A stretch of DNA of 64,000 nt from Candidatus Iainarchaeum sp. (GCA_016187745.1 JACPJC010000005.1:64001-128000); one strand, 5' to 3'; positions 39,317-49,158 are shown, numbered from the stretch's first letter. Notes: generated from the letters alone by a model not told the origin. Made by a program: numbers and translations.

Positions 39317-39328
39317 AAGGCTTATTTT

Positions 39329-39904
39329 ATGCAGAATGTCTTGCTGAAACCCAATTTCCGCGTTCTTGCGATTGATGACGGCTCCTTCAGGCCCGGGCAA
39401 AAGCAAAAAATCCCCCTTGTGGGGGTAATTTACAGGATTGACGGCAGGATTGAAGGGATTCTCTCCCAAAAAATTTCCGTTGATGCGCTCGATTGCACTG
39501 AAAAAATAATTGAAATGCTCTCAGGGGGCAAATTCCTTCCGCAGATTTCATTCATTCTCCTTCAGGGAATAAATTTCGCCGGCTTCAACATTGCGGACGT
39601 GAAGAAGCTCAACTCCGTTCTCAAAAAGCCGGTTATAATTGTCTTCAGGAAGTTTCCCGATATGGATGAAATTGAAAATGCGCTGCAAAAATTTCCTGAC
39701 AGGGAAAAAAGGCTCGCGCTGATAAAAAATGCGGGGAAAATCCGCAAAATCAATTCAATCCACTTCCAGTTCATTGGAACCGATGAGCAAACCGCGAGGG
39801 AAGTGATTAAAAAGACCCTGATGCATAGTTTCCTTCCAGAGCCCATAAGGATTGCGCACATGATTGCAAGCGGCATAACCCTTGGGCAATCCACGAGGCC
39901 GTAA
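39329..39904 (+). CDS. DUF99 family (endonuclease V-like) protein
   Basis: VLAIDDG, GINFAGFN, PEPIRIAHMIASG. Confidence 0.88.
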   Translation: MQNVLLKPNFRVLAIDDGSFRPGQKQKIPLVGVIYRIDGRIEGILSQKISVDALDCTEKIIEMLSGGKFLPQISFILLQGINFAGFNIADVKKLNSVLKKPVIIVFRKFPDMDEIENALQKFPDREKRLALIKNAGKIRKINSIHFQFIGTDEQTAREVIKKTLMHSFLPEPIRIAHMIASGITLGQSTRP

Positions 39905-39905
39905 A

Positions 39906-40652
39906 ATGGAAAAAATATTCTCAAAATTGAAATGGCTTGACCCATTCACATATGTGGATATCCTGTTGGATAAAATAAAGCCCAGGGCGCAGCGCAACAG
40001 ATATCTGGATTGGATTATCTACCTCGCATTCGCGGCGATTTTTGCTTATGCCCTGCTTTTTATTTTCGGCCTTATTCTGGGCACTTCCGCTCCCGGCGTA
40101 ATAGTCCTTTCCGGCAGCATGGAGCCAAGCTTTTACAGGGGCGATATAATAATACTCCAAGGCGCGGATGCAGAAAACATAAAAGGCCAGGATGTTTATT
40201 TCCCCGGAATAAGCACGCTCAAGGGAAAAATGCTGGAAGAAATCGCAGAAGTTGATTATGAAAAGCAGAAAATAATTTTTGCAAATGGCGCCGAAGTAAA
40301 AATCAACAAAGAGGGGGATGTGATTGTTTATAACTCCCAATACTACCCCGAGCCCATAATCCACAGGGTGATTGCAAAAGTCCATGTTTCTGACGGCACA
40401 TATTTCATTACAAAGGGCGACAACCCGAAAACAAACTGGTTTGTTGACCAGGCCTGCGGCAATGTTGTTTTTGGCTATGTTCCGGGAACTGACCTCATAA
40501 CAATAACCTCCATTGAAAGCGCATGCATAACCCCCTACCTCCCAAGCGAGAATGAAATTGAAGGGAAGATGATTGGGAAAATCCCCCTCCTCGGGTGGGT
40601 CAAGCTGATTCCCTTTGATGAAATCCCAAAACTGCTTGGATTGAAGAAATAG
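39906..40652 (+). CDS. Signal peptidase I (Sec11-type)
   Basis: VLSGSMEP..RGDI, IIHRV, TKGDNP, GKIPLLGW. Confidence 0.9.
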   Translation: MEKIFSKLKWLDPFTYVDILLDKIKPRAQRNRYLDWIIYLAFAAIFAYALLFIFGLILGTSAPGVIVLSGSMEPSFYRGDIIILQGADAENIKGQDVYFPGISTLKGKMLEEIAEVDYEKQKIIFANGAEVKINKEGDVIVYNSQYYPEPIIHRVIAKVHVSDGTYFITKGDNPKTNWFVDQACGNVVFGYVPGTDLITITSIESACITPYLPSENEIEGKMIGKIPLLGWVKLIPFDEIPKLLGLKK

Positions 40653-40703
40653 CCCTATTGCGACATATTCGCTGATAAGCGTAAAAATAGAAAGGCTTAA
40701 ATA

Positions 40704-41510
40704 TTGGTTGCATCCATTATTTATTGTGAAAAATTGACAATAGCAAGAGTTCTTGTTTTTGGGAATGTGCAGGGCGTCGGCTTCCGCGCATATGTTGAGC
40801 AGGTAGCAAGAGGCATGCAGATCAATGGCTTTATAAGAAACCTTGATGACGGCACAGTAGAAATTTATGTGAAGACCCAAAAACAAAAAATAAATGCCTT
40901 TGCCAAAAGAATAAACCTTCAAGAAGACCATTCAGATCCTTTTTCTTTGCATGTTACAAAAATCGAAGTTGCATTTGAGTCTGACAGAAGATTCATAAAA
41001 CCAAATAGAAAACTTGGGAGATTTGAGATAGATTACGGAGAAGAGGCAGATATGCAGAAAGAAATGGTAAAAAAGGCGGGCATTGCAACATGGATGATGC
41101 GCTCCTTAGTATCAAAGACGGATTCATTAGTATCAAAAACCGACTCGCTTAAGTCTGAAACTAAAACATTCAGAAAAGAAACCTCCCATAATTTCAAACG
41201 GCTCGAATCTACTCTCGGCGGCAAAACAGACTCTTTCAGGAAAGAAACATCCAATAACTTCAAAAGGCTTGAAAATACGCTAGGTGGAAAAACAGACTCA
41301 TTAAGAAAAGAAACTTCCTGCAATTTCAAACGGCTCGAATCTACTTTAGGCGGCAAAACAGACTTTTTCCGAAAAGAAACCTCTGATAATTTCAGCAAGC
41401 TGGATGGCAAATATGGCAGTATTTCAAAAGCAATGGGCAGCATAAATGGGAATATAACAAAAAATAACAAACTTCTTTCTAAAATTGCAGGAGTGCTCAG
41501 CAGGGCATAA
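40704..41510 (+). CDS. Acylphosphatase domain protein with C-terminal tandem-repeat coiled coil
   Basis: GNVQGVGFR...GFIRNLDDGTVEI; C-terminal 22-aa repeats; start uncertain. Confidence 0.88.
   Translation: MVASIIYCEKLTIARVLVFGNVQGVGFRAYVEQVARGMQINGFIRNLDDGTVEIYVKTQKQKINAFAKRINLQEDHSDPFSLHVTKIEVAFESDRRFIKPNRKLGRFEIDYGEEADMQKEMVKKAGIATWMMRSLVSKTDSLVSKTDSLKSETKTFRKETSHNFKRLESTLGGKTDSFRKETSNNFKRLENTLGGKTDSLRKETSCNFKRLESTLGGKTDFFRKETSDNFSKLDGKYGSISKAMGSINGNITKNNKLLSKIAGVLSRA
41169..41400 (+). repeat. 66-bp intragenic tandem repeat (~3.5 copies)
   Basis: Units start at 41169, 41235, 41301 and 41367, encoding (F/L)RKETSxNFKRLExTLGGKTDS. Confidence 0.9.
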
Positions 41511-41579
41511 TTTCTCCGGTGCTTTCGGATTAGGCAACTCCCTTAAAAATATTCGCTTGCTGAATTTATATGTGGGAGC

Positions 41580-42326
41580 ATGAAACTTGTTTTTTCAGAC
41601 GCGCTTGCCTTCAAAAAGGCAGTTGATGCAATTGCGGTCCTTATTGATGAGGCTGAATTCGTAATAACCCAGACAGGCCTCACGCTTAAGGCAACAGACC
41701 CCAGCCAGATAAGCATGATTGATTTTTCCCTTGGAAGGGAAGCATTCAAGGAATACAATCTTTCCGAGCCCGCAAAAATCGGCCTCGATCTGGAATATCT
41801 CTCAGGGATTTTAGGCAGGGCAAAGTCCGGGGACGAGCTTACAATAAGCATGGATGAGAAGCAGGCGCGCCTTGAAGTGCTTTTGAAGGGCGCATCAGCA
41901 AGGAAATTTTCCGTTCCGCTCATTGACATTTCCTCGCAGGAGCTTCCAAACCCGAAAATTGAGTTTGATGCAGAGCTTAAAGTAAGGGCGGACATCCTGC
42001 AGGACGCATTGAAGGACGCCTCGCTTATAGGAAGCCATATAACGCTTGGCGCAGATGCGGAGAAATTCTTTGTAAAGGCAACAAGCAGCAAGGGCGAACT
42101 GAACAATGAAACCCCGAAAACCGACAAGGCAATAGTGCAGGAATTCTCGGTAAAAAAAGAATGCAGCGCAATGTTCCCTCTTGATTATATGCAATATATG
42201 CTGAAAGCCGCAGACTCCTCAACAATCGCAGGAATAAACATAAAAGCAAGCGCGCCGATAAAAATCGCATACAAAATCGGAAGCGCAAACATCTGCTACT
42301 ACCTCGCCCCGCGCATAGAAGGCTGA
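41580..42326 (+). CDS. pcn: PCNA sliding clamp, paralog 1
   Basis: LIDEAEF...LKATDPSQISM, IGLDL, FPLDY, YYLAPRIE. Confidence 0.95.
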   Translation: MKLVFSDALAFKKAVDAIAVLIDEAEFVITQTGLTLKATDPSQISMIDFSLGREAFKEYNLSEPAKIGLDLEYLSGILGRAKSGDELTISMDEKQARLEVLLKGASARKFSVPLIDISSQELPNPKIEFDAELKVRADILQDALKDASLIGSHITLGADAEKFFVKATSSKGELNNETPKTDKAIVQEFSVKKECSAMFPLDYMQYMLKAADSSTIAGINIKASAPIKIAYKIGSANICYYLAPRIEG

Positions 42327-42382
42327 CTGCTTTAAATAACAAAAAGACATTTAAACCCTACGGCTGTTAATTTCTATTGGTA

Positions 42383-43114
42383 ATGGATATGGCTATTGAG
42401 TTGAAAAATGTCGATTTGTGGCGCCGTTCCATAGACGCAATCGCCTCTTTCATTTCAGAGGGGAATTTCCGCTTCAATGAAAAGGGCATTTCCTTCAAGG
42501 CCGTAGATCCCAGCCAGATTGTGCTTGTTGACTATATAATTGACAAAAGCGCATTTGAGAAATTTGACATCGAGCCCACTTATATCGGCATTGACCTTGT
42601 GGAATTGAACAAAATAATGCAGCGCACGCTTCCAAATGACAAACTGACAATGGAAGTCAGCGATTCCGAGCTTTCGCTCAAACTGGAAGGGGACATGGTA
42701 AGGAGCTTCAAGCTGCCGCTTATAGAGGTCAGCGAGGAGGACATCAATATCCCGCAGCCGAAATTCGACGCAAGGGTTGAAATTGCTGGAAAAATAATAA
42801 AAGAAGCGCTCAAGGACGCAAGCTTGTTCGGAAGCTCAGTAGTACTGCGCATAAAGGGCAGCCAATTCACGATTGAAGCGCGCGGCTCCCAGGGGACATT
42901 GAAAAGCCAGACAAAAGAGGCGCAGAAGGTTGTTGTAAAATCCGCTACTGAAGTGGTTAGCAAATATTCCCTTAATTTTCTTATGAATATCGTTAAGAGC
43001 GCGGACCCGGAAGCAAAAGTCGCATTGGAGCTGAAATCCGATGCGCCGATGAAAGTTTCCTATTCAATCGGGCAGGCGCAGATCCAATACCACTTAGCGC
43101 CGATGATACTGTAA
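42383..43114 (+). CDS. pcn: PCNA sliding clamp, paralog 2
   Basis: FISEGNF...FKAVDPSQIVL, IGIDL, KYSLNFL, YHLAPMIL. Confidence 0.93.
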   Translation: MDMAIELKNVDLWRRSIDAIASFISEGNFRFNEKGISFKAVDPSQIVLVDYIIDKSAFEKFDIEPTYIGIDLVELNKIMQRTLPNDKLTMEVSDSELSLKLEGDMVRSFKLPLIEVSEEDINIPQPKFDARVEIAGKIIKEALKDASLFGSSVVLRIKGSQFTIEARGSQGTLKSQTKEAQKVVVKSATEVVSKYSLNFLMNIVKSADPEAKVALELKSDAPMKVSYSIGQAQIQYHLAPMIL

Positions 43115-43157
43115 ATTCACCGGCAATCCGCTCCCAAAACCCTTTTTATTCCCTTTT

Positions 43158-44189
43158 GTGGCAGATTATTTCATGAACCTTGAGGACCTGCAGTTCGCGC
43201 AGCGCTATCCGTTCAGCGGAACCGCAAGGAAAATAGTGGCTGAAACCGGCCTTAATCTGCAGGACGTTTCCGAGGCAGTAACTGAAAGGGCGCAGAAGAT
43301 GATTCTTGCCTCCGCAAAGCAGCAGAAGTATGACCCCCAAATCGGGAATTATGAGGAACTGCTCCAGAACGAGGTGCTTGCGTTCCCTGTCGCAAAAATT
43401 CTGCTTTCAATAATTGCAAAGCCAGAACTCTATTCCAAGTTCGCAAATATGTTCTCAAAATCAGCATTTGTTTCCCTGCAGAGCGAGAGCGATGAAACCC
43501 TCTGCGACATTGCAAAAGACCTTGGAATAATTATAAAATTCTCAGGCAATCCCGAGGAATTTGCGGAAATCGGCATGCTGCAGTATTTAAGCGCGGACTT
43601 CAGGGAAGATTTCATGAAGCTGGCGAACCAGAGGCTTGAGAAGGGAAGAATAATCCTGAGCAAAAACGAATTTGTGCGCTTTCTCTCACAGGCAATCTAC
43701 AAAAAAATTTTCTCCTCAATGCCCGCAGACACAAAGCAGATCCCAAATTCCCTAAAAACAATCGCGAATTCCCTTTCAAAGCAGGCATTTTCCGAAAGCT
43801 TCCAGGCATTCAACGCAAAGCTTTCAGGAAACATAAAGGCCGATGCATTCCCCCCGTGCATTTCCGAACTGTATGCAAAAATGCTCTCCGGCGCAAACCT
43901 CAGCCATACGGAGCGCTTTACCCTTGCAAGTTTCCTTGTTTCAGCCGGAATGGGCACTGAGCAGATAATTGCAATTTTCAAAAATGCGCCGAATTTCAAT
44001 GAAAAAATATCCCGCTACCAGATTGAAAGGATTGCAGGCTCCGGAAACAAGACAAATTATGCTCCCGCAAGCTGCGCGAAGATGAAAAGCTACAAGCTCT
44101 GCATAAGAAACGGCGAATTGTGCGGAAATGTGAAGCACCCGATGCAGTTTTACAGGAGCAGGGCATTTCCGCGCAGAAAAGCCCAATAA
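43158..44189 (+). CDS. priL: DNA primase large subunit
   Basis: RYPF; FPPCI, LSHTERF, PNFNEKISRYQI, PASC...C...C..KHP Fe-S domain. Confidence 0.92.
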   Translation: MADYFMNLEDLQFAQRYPFSGTARKIVAETGLNLQDVSEAVTERAQKMILASAKQQKYDPQIGNYEELLQNEVLAFPVAKILLSIIAKPELYSKFANMFSKSAFVSLQSESDETLCDIAKDLGIIIKFSGNPEEFAEIGMLQYLSADFREDFMKLANQRLEKGRIILSKNEFVRFLSQAIYKKIFSSMPADTKQIPNSLKTIANSLSKQAFSESFQAFNAKLSGNIKADAFPPCISELYAKMLSGANLSHTERFTLASFLVSAGMGTEQIIAIFKNAPNFNEKISRYQIERIAGSGNKTNYAPASCAKMKSYKLCIRNGELCGNVKHPMQFYRSRAFPRRKAQ

Positions 44190-44256
44190 AGAACCTTGGC
44201 ATAAACGCCAAGCTGCTTAAAGAAAGCAAAAATACAACCAGCGCCAAGGTTCTTTA
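44187..44256. repeat. 70-bp element bounded by a perfect 14-bp inverted repeat
   Basis: taaagaaccttggc (44187-44200) / gccaaggttcttta (44243-44256); a second gccaag at 44207-44212. Confidence 0.7.
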
Positions 44257-44357
44257 ATAAATGCTCCAATTTATAAATTTTTTGCACTTCCATAGTTCAA
44301 CTCCCACTGATTTTAGTGGAATTTAGCTGAATATTTGGATTTTCGGGGTGAATTGCA

Positions 44358-45266
44358 TTGAATGCGCTGGCATCGGTAATAGGCACTGGCAATTTCGCTA
44401 TTGTGCAGGACATTCTCGCATTTGTGCCTAACATAATTTTCGCGGCAGTGGTTCTGATTGCAGTATTCATATCCTACAAGCTGCTCACGAGGTCAATAAC
44501 AAATGCGCTCTCAAATTCCATAAAGCGCAAGCAGGATGTCAAAACCTTCCTTAACCTCTGGCGCTACAGCTTCTTTGTTGTTGCGGCAATTCTAATCCTC
44601 ATTTCATTTTCCGGCTCGCTCACAACATTCGGAATCAGCGTCGGGTTTTTTTCCGTAATGCTTGGCTGGGCGCTCCAGAAGCCCATTACGGGAATTGCCG
44701 CATGGCTGATGATTGTGACGCAGCGCCCTTTCAGAATCGGCGACAGGATAATAATTGACGAGCACATTGGCGATGTAGCGGACATAAGGCTGTTCTATAT
44801 TGTGCTTAACGAGATTGGCGGGACTGTTGAGGGCGAGGAGCAGAGCGGAAGGGCAATCCACATTCCCACTTCAATACTCTTTGACAAGAATCTTGTGAAT
44901 TACACGATGCACGACCCCTTCATACTTGACGAGGTTTCAGCAACCGTTACATACGAAAGCAACCTGGCAAAGGCGCAGGAGCTTGCAGTAGAATGCGCGA
45001 AGGAAATTACAAAGGAAATCCTGCCGGATGTGAAGGAAAAGCCCTTTGCAAGGGTTTCTTTCAAAGATTCGGGCATTGATGTGAAGGTGCGCTATTACAC
45101 AATTGCGGACAAGAGGCAGAAGGTCGCGAGCGAAATCACGGAAAAAATCCATGAGAAAATCTCAAAGGCGCGCGACATAGAGTTCGCATACCCGCACATA
45201 GAGCTGAAATTCAAGCAGGGCGCGAAATTCATCCAGGGGAAAAAGTTATCCGAGTTCATGCAATAA
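44358..45266 (+). CDS. Small-conductance mechanosensitive channel (MscS family)
   Basis: GWALQKP, RPFRIGDRI, GDVADI, IPTS, IEFAYP. Confidence 0.93.
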   Translation: MNALASVIGTGNFAIVQDILAFVPNIIFAAVVLIAVFISYKLLTRSITNALSNSIKRKQDVKTFLNLWRYSFFVVAAILILISFSGSLTTFGISVGFFSVMLGWALQKPITGIAAWLMIVTQRPFRIGDRIIIDEHIGDVADIRLFYIVLNEIGGTVEGEEQSGRAIHIPTSILFDKNLVNYTMHDPFILDEVSATVTYESNLAKAQELAVECAKEITKEILPDVKEKPFARVSFKDSGIDVKVRYYTIADKRQKVASEITEKIHEKISKARDIEFAYPHIELKFKQGAKFIQGKKLSEFMQ

Positions 45267-46248
45267 TTGCGCCGGCAATGCTGAAATAAATTGCCGCAAT
45301 GTAAAGCGCAATGAGAAGCAATCCCTCCTTCCTGCTGATTCTCAGGCTCACATACCCGAACATGAGCAGCACTGCGGCAATTATGAGCATCAGCGGCATG
45401 CTGTAGTCCAGGAGGCTTTTTGCAACATTCAGGGGATTGAGCAGCGCTGCAAAACCCACAACAAGCAGAACATTCGCAATATTGCTCCCGAGGATGTTCC
45501 CAATCAGGATATTCGGCATTCTCCTTTTTATTGCCTGCAATGAAACCGCAAGTTCCGGCGCAGAAGTGGAAAGCGCAACAAGAGTCAATCCGACAATGCC
45601 GCCGCTTAAATTAAGCTCATCTGCAATTCCGGAAGCGCCGCTTACAAGCAGATAGCCGCCGAACAAAAGCGCGGCAATTGAAAGCGCAGCAAGCAGCAGA
45701 TTTTTCATACTGATTTTTTCTTTTGCAGTTTTTCCCTTCCCATTTCCCCTTCTGAAAAACAGGTTTATGTATGAGCGGAATTCAAAAACCTCCTCAAGAT
45801 GCCTGATGCGCCCGAAGAGAAAAAGCACATAATAAACGAATATCCCCAAAAGAATTATCCCGTCAATCCTTGAAATCACATTGTCAAGGGAAAGCACATA
45901 GAGAAGCGCAGCGGAGCCAAACACTATCAGGCAGTCCTTGTCAAAAATCCTCCTTTTGATGTATATGCTTGCAATGCTCGCGGAAATCCCCAGATTCAGC
46001 GCAATATTTGCAATGTTAGCCCCCACAACGTCCCCAAGCGCAATTCCCGGATTATTTGTCAGCGATGCAATTGATGCGACCATGAACTCCGGGAGCGATG
46101 TCCCGATTGCAATCAGGCTCACTCCGATAACAAAGTCGCTTATGCCAAATTGCTTTGCGATTTTTGAGGCATTTTCTATGAGCGCGCCGGCGCCCTTGAG
46201 AAGGAATGCCAGCCCGATGGCAAACACAATCAAATCATACGCAAGCAT
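45256..46248 (-). CDS. Ca2+/Na+ (CaCA, YrbG-like) antiporter
   Basis: Alpha repeats GTSLPE...GANIAN and STSAPE...GNILGSNIAN. Confidence 0.93.
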   Translation of the reverse strand: MLAYDLIVFAIGLAFLLKGAGALIENASKIAKQFGISDFVIGVSLIAIGTSLPEFMVASIASLTNNPGIALGDVVGANIANIALNLGISASIASIYIKRRIFDKDCLIVFGSAALLYVLSLDNVISRIDGIILLGIFVYYVLFLFGRIRHLEEVFEFRSYINLFFRRGNGKGKTAKEKISMKNLLLAALSIAALLFGGYLLVSGASGIADELNLSGGIVGLTLVALSTSAPELAVSLQAIKRRMPNILIGNILGSNIANVLLVVGFAALLNPLNVAKSLLDYSMPLMLIIAAVLLMFGYVSLRISRKEGLLLIALYIAAIYFSIAGAIIA

Positions 46249-46300
46249 GCAATTAAATGGCAATAATTGCTTATTAAACGTTTCCAATTAACATTCAATT

Positions 46301-47527
46301 ATGCAGCCCACTGAGCAGTTCCTGCGCTCGAAATTCCAGCAGTATTACCGCGCGCACGCGGTTTCCGCGCCGCTGAAAATAGGGCAGCGCGAGTTCGGGA
46401 TAGGCGCCTTCGGGAAAAAAATAAGCATGCGCCATCTTGCCTTTGCGGACTCAAACGAGCTTAATGGCTTCCTGCGCAATGAAGTGCCATTTTACATTTC
46501 CTATTCCTGCGCCTACTATAAGTATCCGGAAATGCAGCCCATGAATGCAAAGCATTTTTTGCAAGCGGACCTGGTCTATGAGTTTGATGCGGATGACCTG
46601 CAGACTGACTGCAAGCAGGGGCACGATTCCTGGAAGTGCGTGAAATGCGGCGCCTCAGGAAAGGGAACAATAGAGAACTGCACGAAATGCGGGGCGCACA
46701 CGCTAAAAGAGGAATGGGTCTGCGGCAAATGCCTAAATGAAACAAAAAAGCAGAGCCTGCGCCTCATCGGATTCCTGCAGGATGATTTTGATTTTTCCGA
46801 TGGGATAGAAGTGAATTATTCAGGCTCCAAGGGCTTCCACATCCACGTTAATAATGAAAAAGCCCTTCAGCTGAGCCAGAACGCAAGGACGGAGCTTATT
46901 GATTACCTTAGCGGAAACGGCATAATCCAGAAAAACCTCGGATTTGATACGGAAAGCAGGATGTTTTCCTGCCCCATTCCCGAAAAAGCAAAGGGCTGGC
47001 AGAAAAAAATAATCAGCTGGATGCTTGGAAAAATTGAAAATTCCGATTCCGAGGAGCTCGCGCTTTATGGGGGCATTTCAAACGCCCTAGCAAAAAAGTT
47101 AATAACCATGCGCTCCACAATTATCTCAGGCATCAGCTCCGGAATGCTCTACCAGTTCCCGGGGAGCAAGGCGGAAGCCTTCTGGAATTCATTGATTGCA
47201 AGCGCGATTGATGCGCTTAAGCTCGGGATAGACAGGCAGACCTCAATTGATTTGCACAAGATAATAAGGCTGCCGGAAACGCTCCACGGCGGAACTGGCC
47301 TTGCGGCAAAAAAAATCCCCCTGGAGAAAATTGTGGAATTTGATGCACTGAAGGAGTGCATCGCATTTTCAGGCGATGAAGTGAAAGTGAGAACAATTGC
47401 GGAGATTCCCGAATTTGAATTGAACGCGCGGAAATTCGGGAAATTCGGCGCAAACGAGGAGATAAAAATTCCCGAATATGCTGCAATTTATTTGCTTGCG
47501 AGGAATGCGGCGCAATTGGCGGAATGA
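46301..47527 (+). CDS. priS: DNA primase small (catalytic) subunit
   Basis: REFG, YSCAYY, LVYEFDADD, YSGSKGFHI, IDRQTSID..KIIRLP.TLHG. Confidence 0.93.
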   Translation: MQPTEQFLRSKFQQYYRAHAVSAPLKIGQREFGIGAFGKKISMRHLAFADSNELNGFLRNEVPFYISYSCAYYKYPEMQPMNAKHFLQADLVYEFDADDLQTDCKQGHDSWKCVKCGASGKGTIENCTKCGAHTLKEEWVCGKCLNETKKQSLRLIGFLQDDFDFSDGIEVNYSGSKGFHIHVNNEKALQLSQNARTELIDYLSGNGIIQKNLGFDTESRMFSCPIPEKAKGWQKKIISWMLGKIENSDSEELALYGGISNALAKKLITMRSTIISGISSGMLYQFPGSKAEAFWNSLIASAIDALKLGIDRQTSIDLHKIIRLPETLHGGTGLAAKKIPLEKIVEFDALKECIAFSGDEVKVRTIAEIPEFELNARKFGKFGANEEIKIPEYAAIYLLARNAAQLAE

Positions 47528-47546
47528 AAAAACAGGGTTGTAAATT

Positions 47547-48137
47547 ATGGCGGAACTGAATTACGATGAGATAATGCGCCTTTACAGGCTTGAGAAGAAT
47601 GCGACAAAGCCGATTGAGCTTGATGAGAATTTCTATGACGCGCTTGTGAAATTAATGGACAATGAAAAAGCGCTCTACTTGAAATCGCTCAAGGAATTCT
47701 CGGTCTCAAAGGCAAGGAATTTCACAAACCTGAAGAAGATTGTTGAGGACTTCTTTGATTTGCGCGAAAAGAAAATCCTGAACAAGGCGCTTCTTGCGCT
47801 GCACAGCAGCGAGATAAACGAGGAGAACCTGACCTCGCAGGAAAGGAAGACGATGCGCGCGCTGCTTGAAATCCTGCAGGCGCACCACGCCCTTCTTGAC
47901 GGGATGTTCACGGAGGGAAAAGAAAAAAGCGAAGGCGCTGAGAAGGAAAAGGGGGGCATCGGAACCGCAGGTTCTGATTTTAATATGATTTCACTGACAA
48001 TTCTTTCTGAAGTGCAGCCTTTTATTGGCGCTGACATGAAGGAATACGGCCCATATGCGGTTGGGCAGATGGCAGAAGTTCCGCACAAGGTCGCCAGTCT
48101 CCTGGTTTCAAGAAAACTGGCAAAAACAAACGAGTGA
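47547..48137 (+). CDS. GINS subunit (Gins15/51 type)
   Basis: LDENFY, LREKKI, NLT.QE, B-domain FIGADMKEYGP...VP..VASLLV; follows priS. Confidence 0.85.
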   Translation: MAELNYDEIMRLYRLEKNATKPIELDENFYDALVKLMDNEKALYLKSLKEFSVSKARNFTNLKKIVEDFFDLREKKILNKALLALHSSEINEENLTSQERKTMRALLEILQAHHALLDGMFTEGKEKSEGAEKEKGGIGTAGSDFNMISLTILSEVQPFIGADMKEYGPYAVGQMAEVPHKVASLLVSRKLAKTNE

Positions 48138-48146
48138 GGCGAAAAA

Positions 48147-48344
48147 ATGAGCAGAAAAACAGAACTTGCACCGAAGGCGGGGAACAAATTCATAAGGGTG
48201 AAATGCCCCTCATGCAGCAACGAGCAGACAATATACTCCCTTGCTTCCACCCCCATAAAATGCATTGTCTGCAACCATGAGCTTGCGGAAACAGGCGCGG
48301 GAAAAATAAGGCTCAGGATAAAGCCTGCGAGGCTATTTGAATGA
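48147..48344 (+). CDS. rps27e: 30S ribosomal protein S27e
   Basis: FIRVKCPSCSNEQ...CIVC...GK. Confidence 0.93.
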   Translation: MSRKTELAPKAGNKFIRVKCPSCSNEQTIYSLASTPIKCIVCNHELAETGAGKIRLRIKPARLFE

Positions 48345-49102
48345 ATCTCCCCGAACTGAACGAGTATGTTGTCTGCAGGGTAACGAAAATCCTTGATTAC
48401 GGGGTTTTTGCGGATTTGGTGGAATACCCGAATACAAGCGGATTTGTGCACATTTCCCAAGTGGCGAGCGGATGGATAAAGAACATAAGGAATTTCGCGA
48501 AGGAAAATGAGGTAAGGGTTGCGAAAGTGCTTCATGTGGATGCTGAAAAAAAGCAGATTGACCTGTCCTTCACTAAAGTTTCAACGTCCGATGAGAGGGC
48601 AAGGCTTGACGCATGGAAAAAAATGAAGCGCGCGCAGAAGCTTGTTGAAATAATCGCGAAGGAAAAGAGCTCAACAATGGAAGAGGCATGGAAAAATGTC
48701 GCTCTTCCGCTCCTTGAGAAATATGATTCATTGCATGATGCATTCCAGGCAATTGCCCTGAATTCGGAAGAGGCCTCAAAGCCGATCCAGAAGGAATGGC
48801 TGAAGCCAGCGCTTGATGTCATAACGAAAAATGTTGAAATCCCCAGCAGGACAATCCAGGGGGTTATTGCATTGAGCAGTTATGCCCCGAACGGAATTGA
48901 ACTTATAAAGGACGCGCTGGTTTCCGCGCAGAATTCCACAAGGGATGCGGAAATCTCCATATACTATTCGGGCTCTGGGAAATATGTCATAAGGGTGAGC
49001 AGCTTTGATTATAAAGTGGCGGAGCGCGTGCTTAAGTTTGCCGCAGGAAATGCAATAGAATCAATAAAGGCAGCCGGCGGAACAGGCAGCTTTGAATCCT
49101 GA
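48341..49102 (+). CDS. eif2a: Translation initiation factor 2 alpha subunit
   Basis: S1 domain GFVHISQVASGWIKNIRNF, IDLS. Confidence 0.94.
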   Translation: MNLPELNEYVVCRVTKILDYGVFADLVEYPNTSGFVHISQVASGWIKNIRNFAKENEVRVAKVLHVDAEKKQIDLSFTKVSTSDERARLDAWKKMKRAQKLVEIIAKEKSSTMEEAWKNVALPLLEKYDSLHDAFQAIALNSEEASKPIQKEWLKPALDVITKNVEIPSRTIQGVIALSSYAPNGIELIKDALVSAQNSTRDAEISIYYSGSGKYVIRVSSFDYKVAERVLKFAAGNAIESIKAAGGTGSFES

Positions 49103-49158
49103 AGCGCAAACTAATAAAAATATTCGCTTATTGCAATTTATAGGAGAGAGTTGAGAAA

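Noticed and set aside
41169-41400. Possible CRISPR array (66-bp period)
   Set aside because: The whole unit is repeated in frame with synonymous variation, there are no unique spacers and no cas genes
45230-45266. PIP-box-like end of MscS (QGKKLSEFM)
   Set aside because: Spacing does not fit Qxx(L)xxF and the context is implausible
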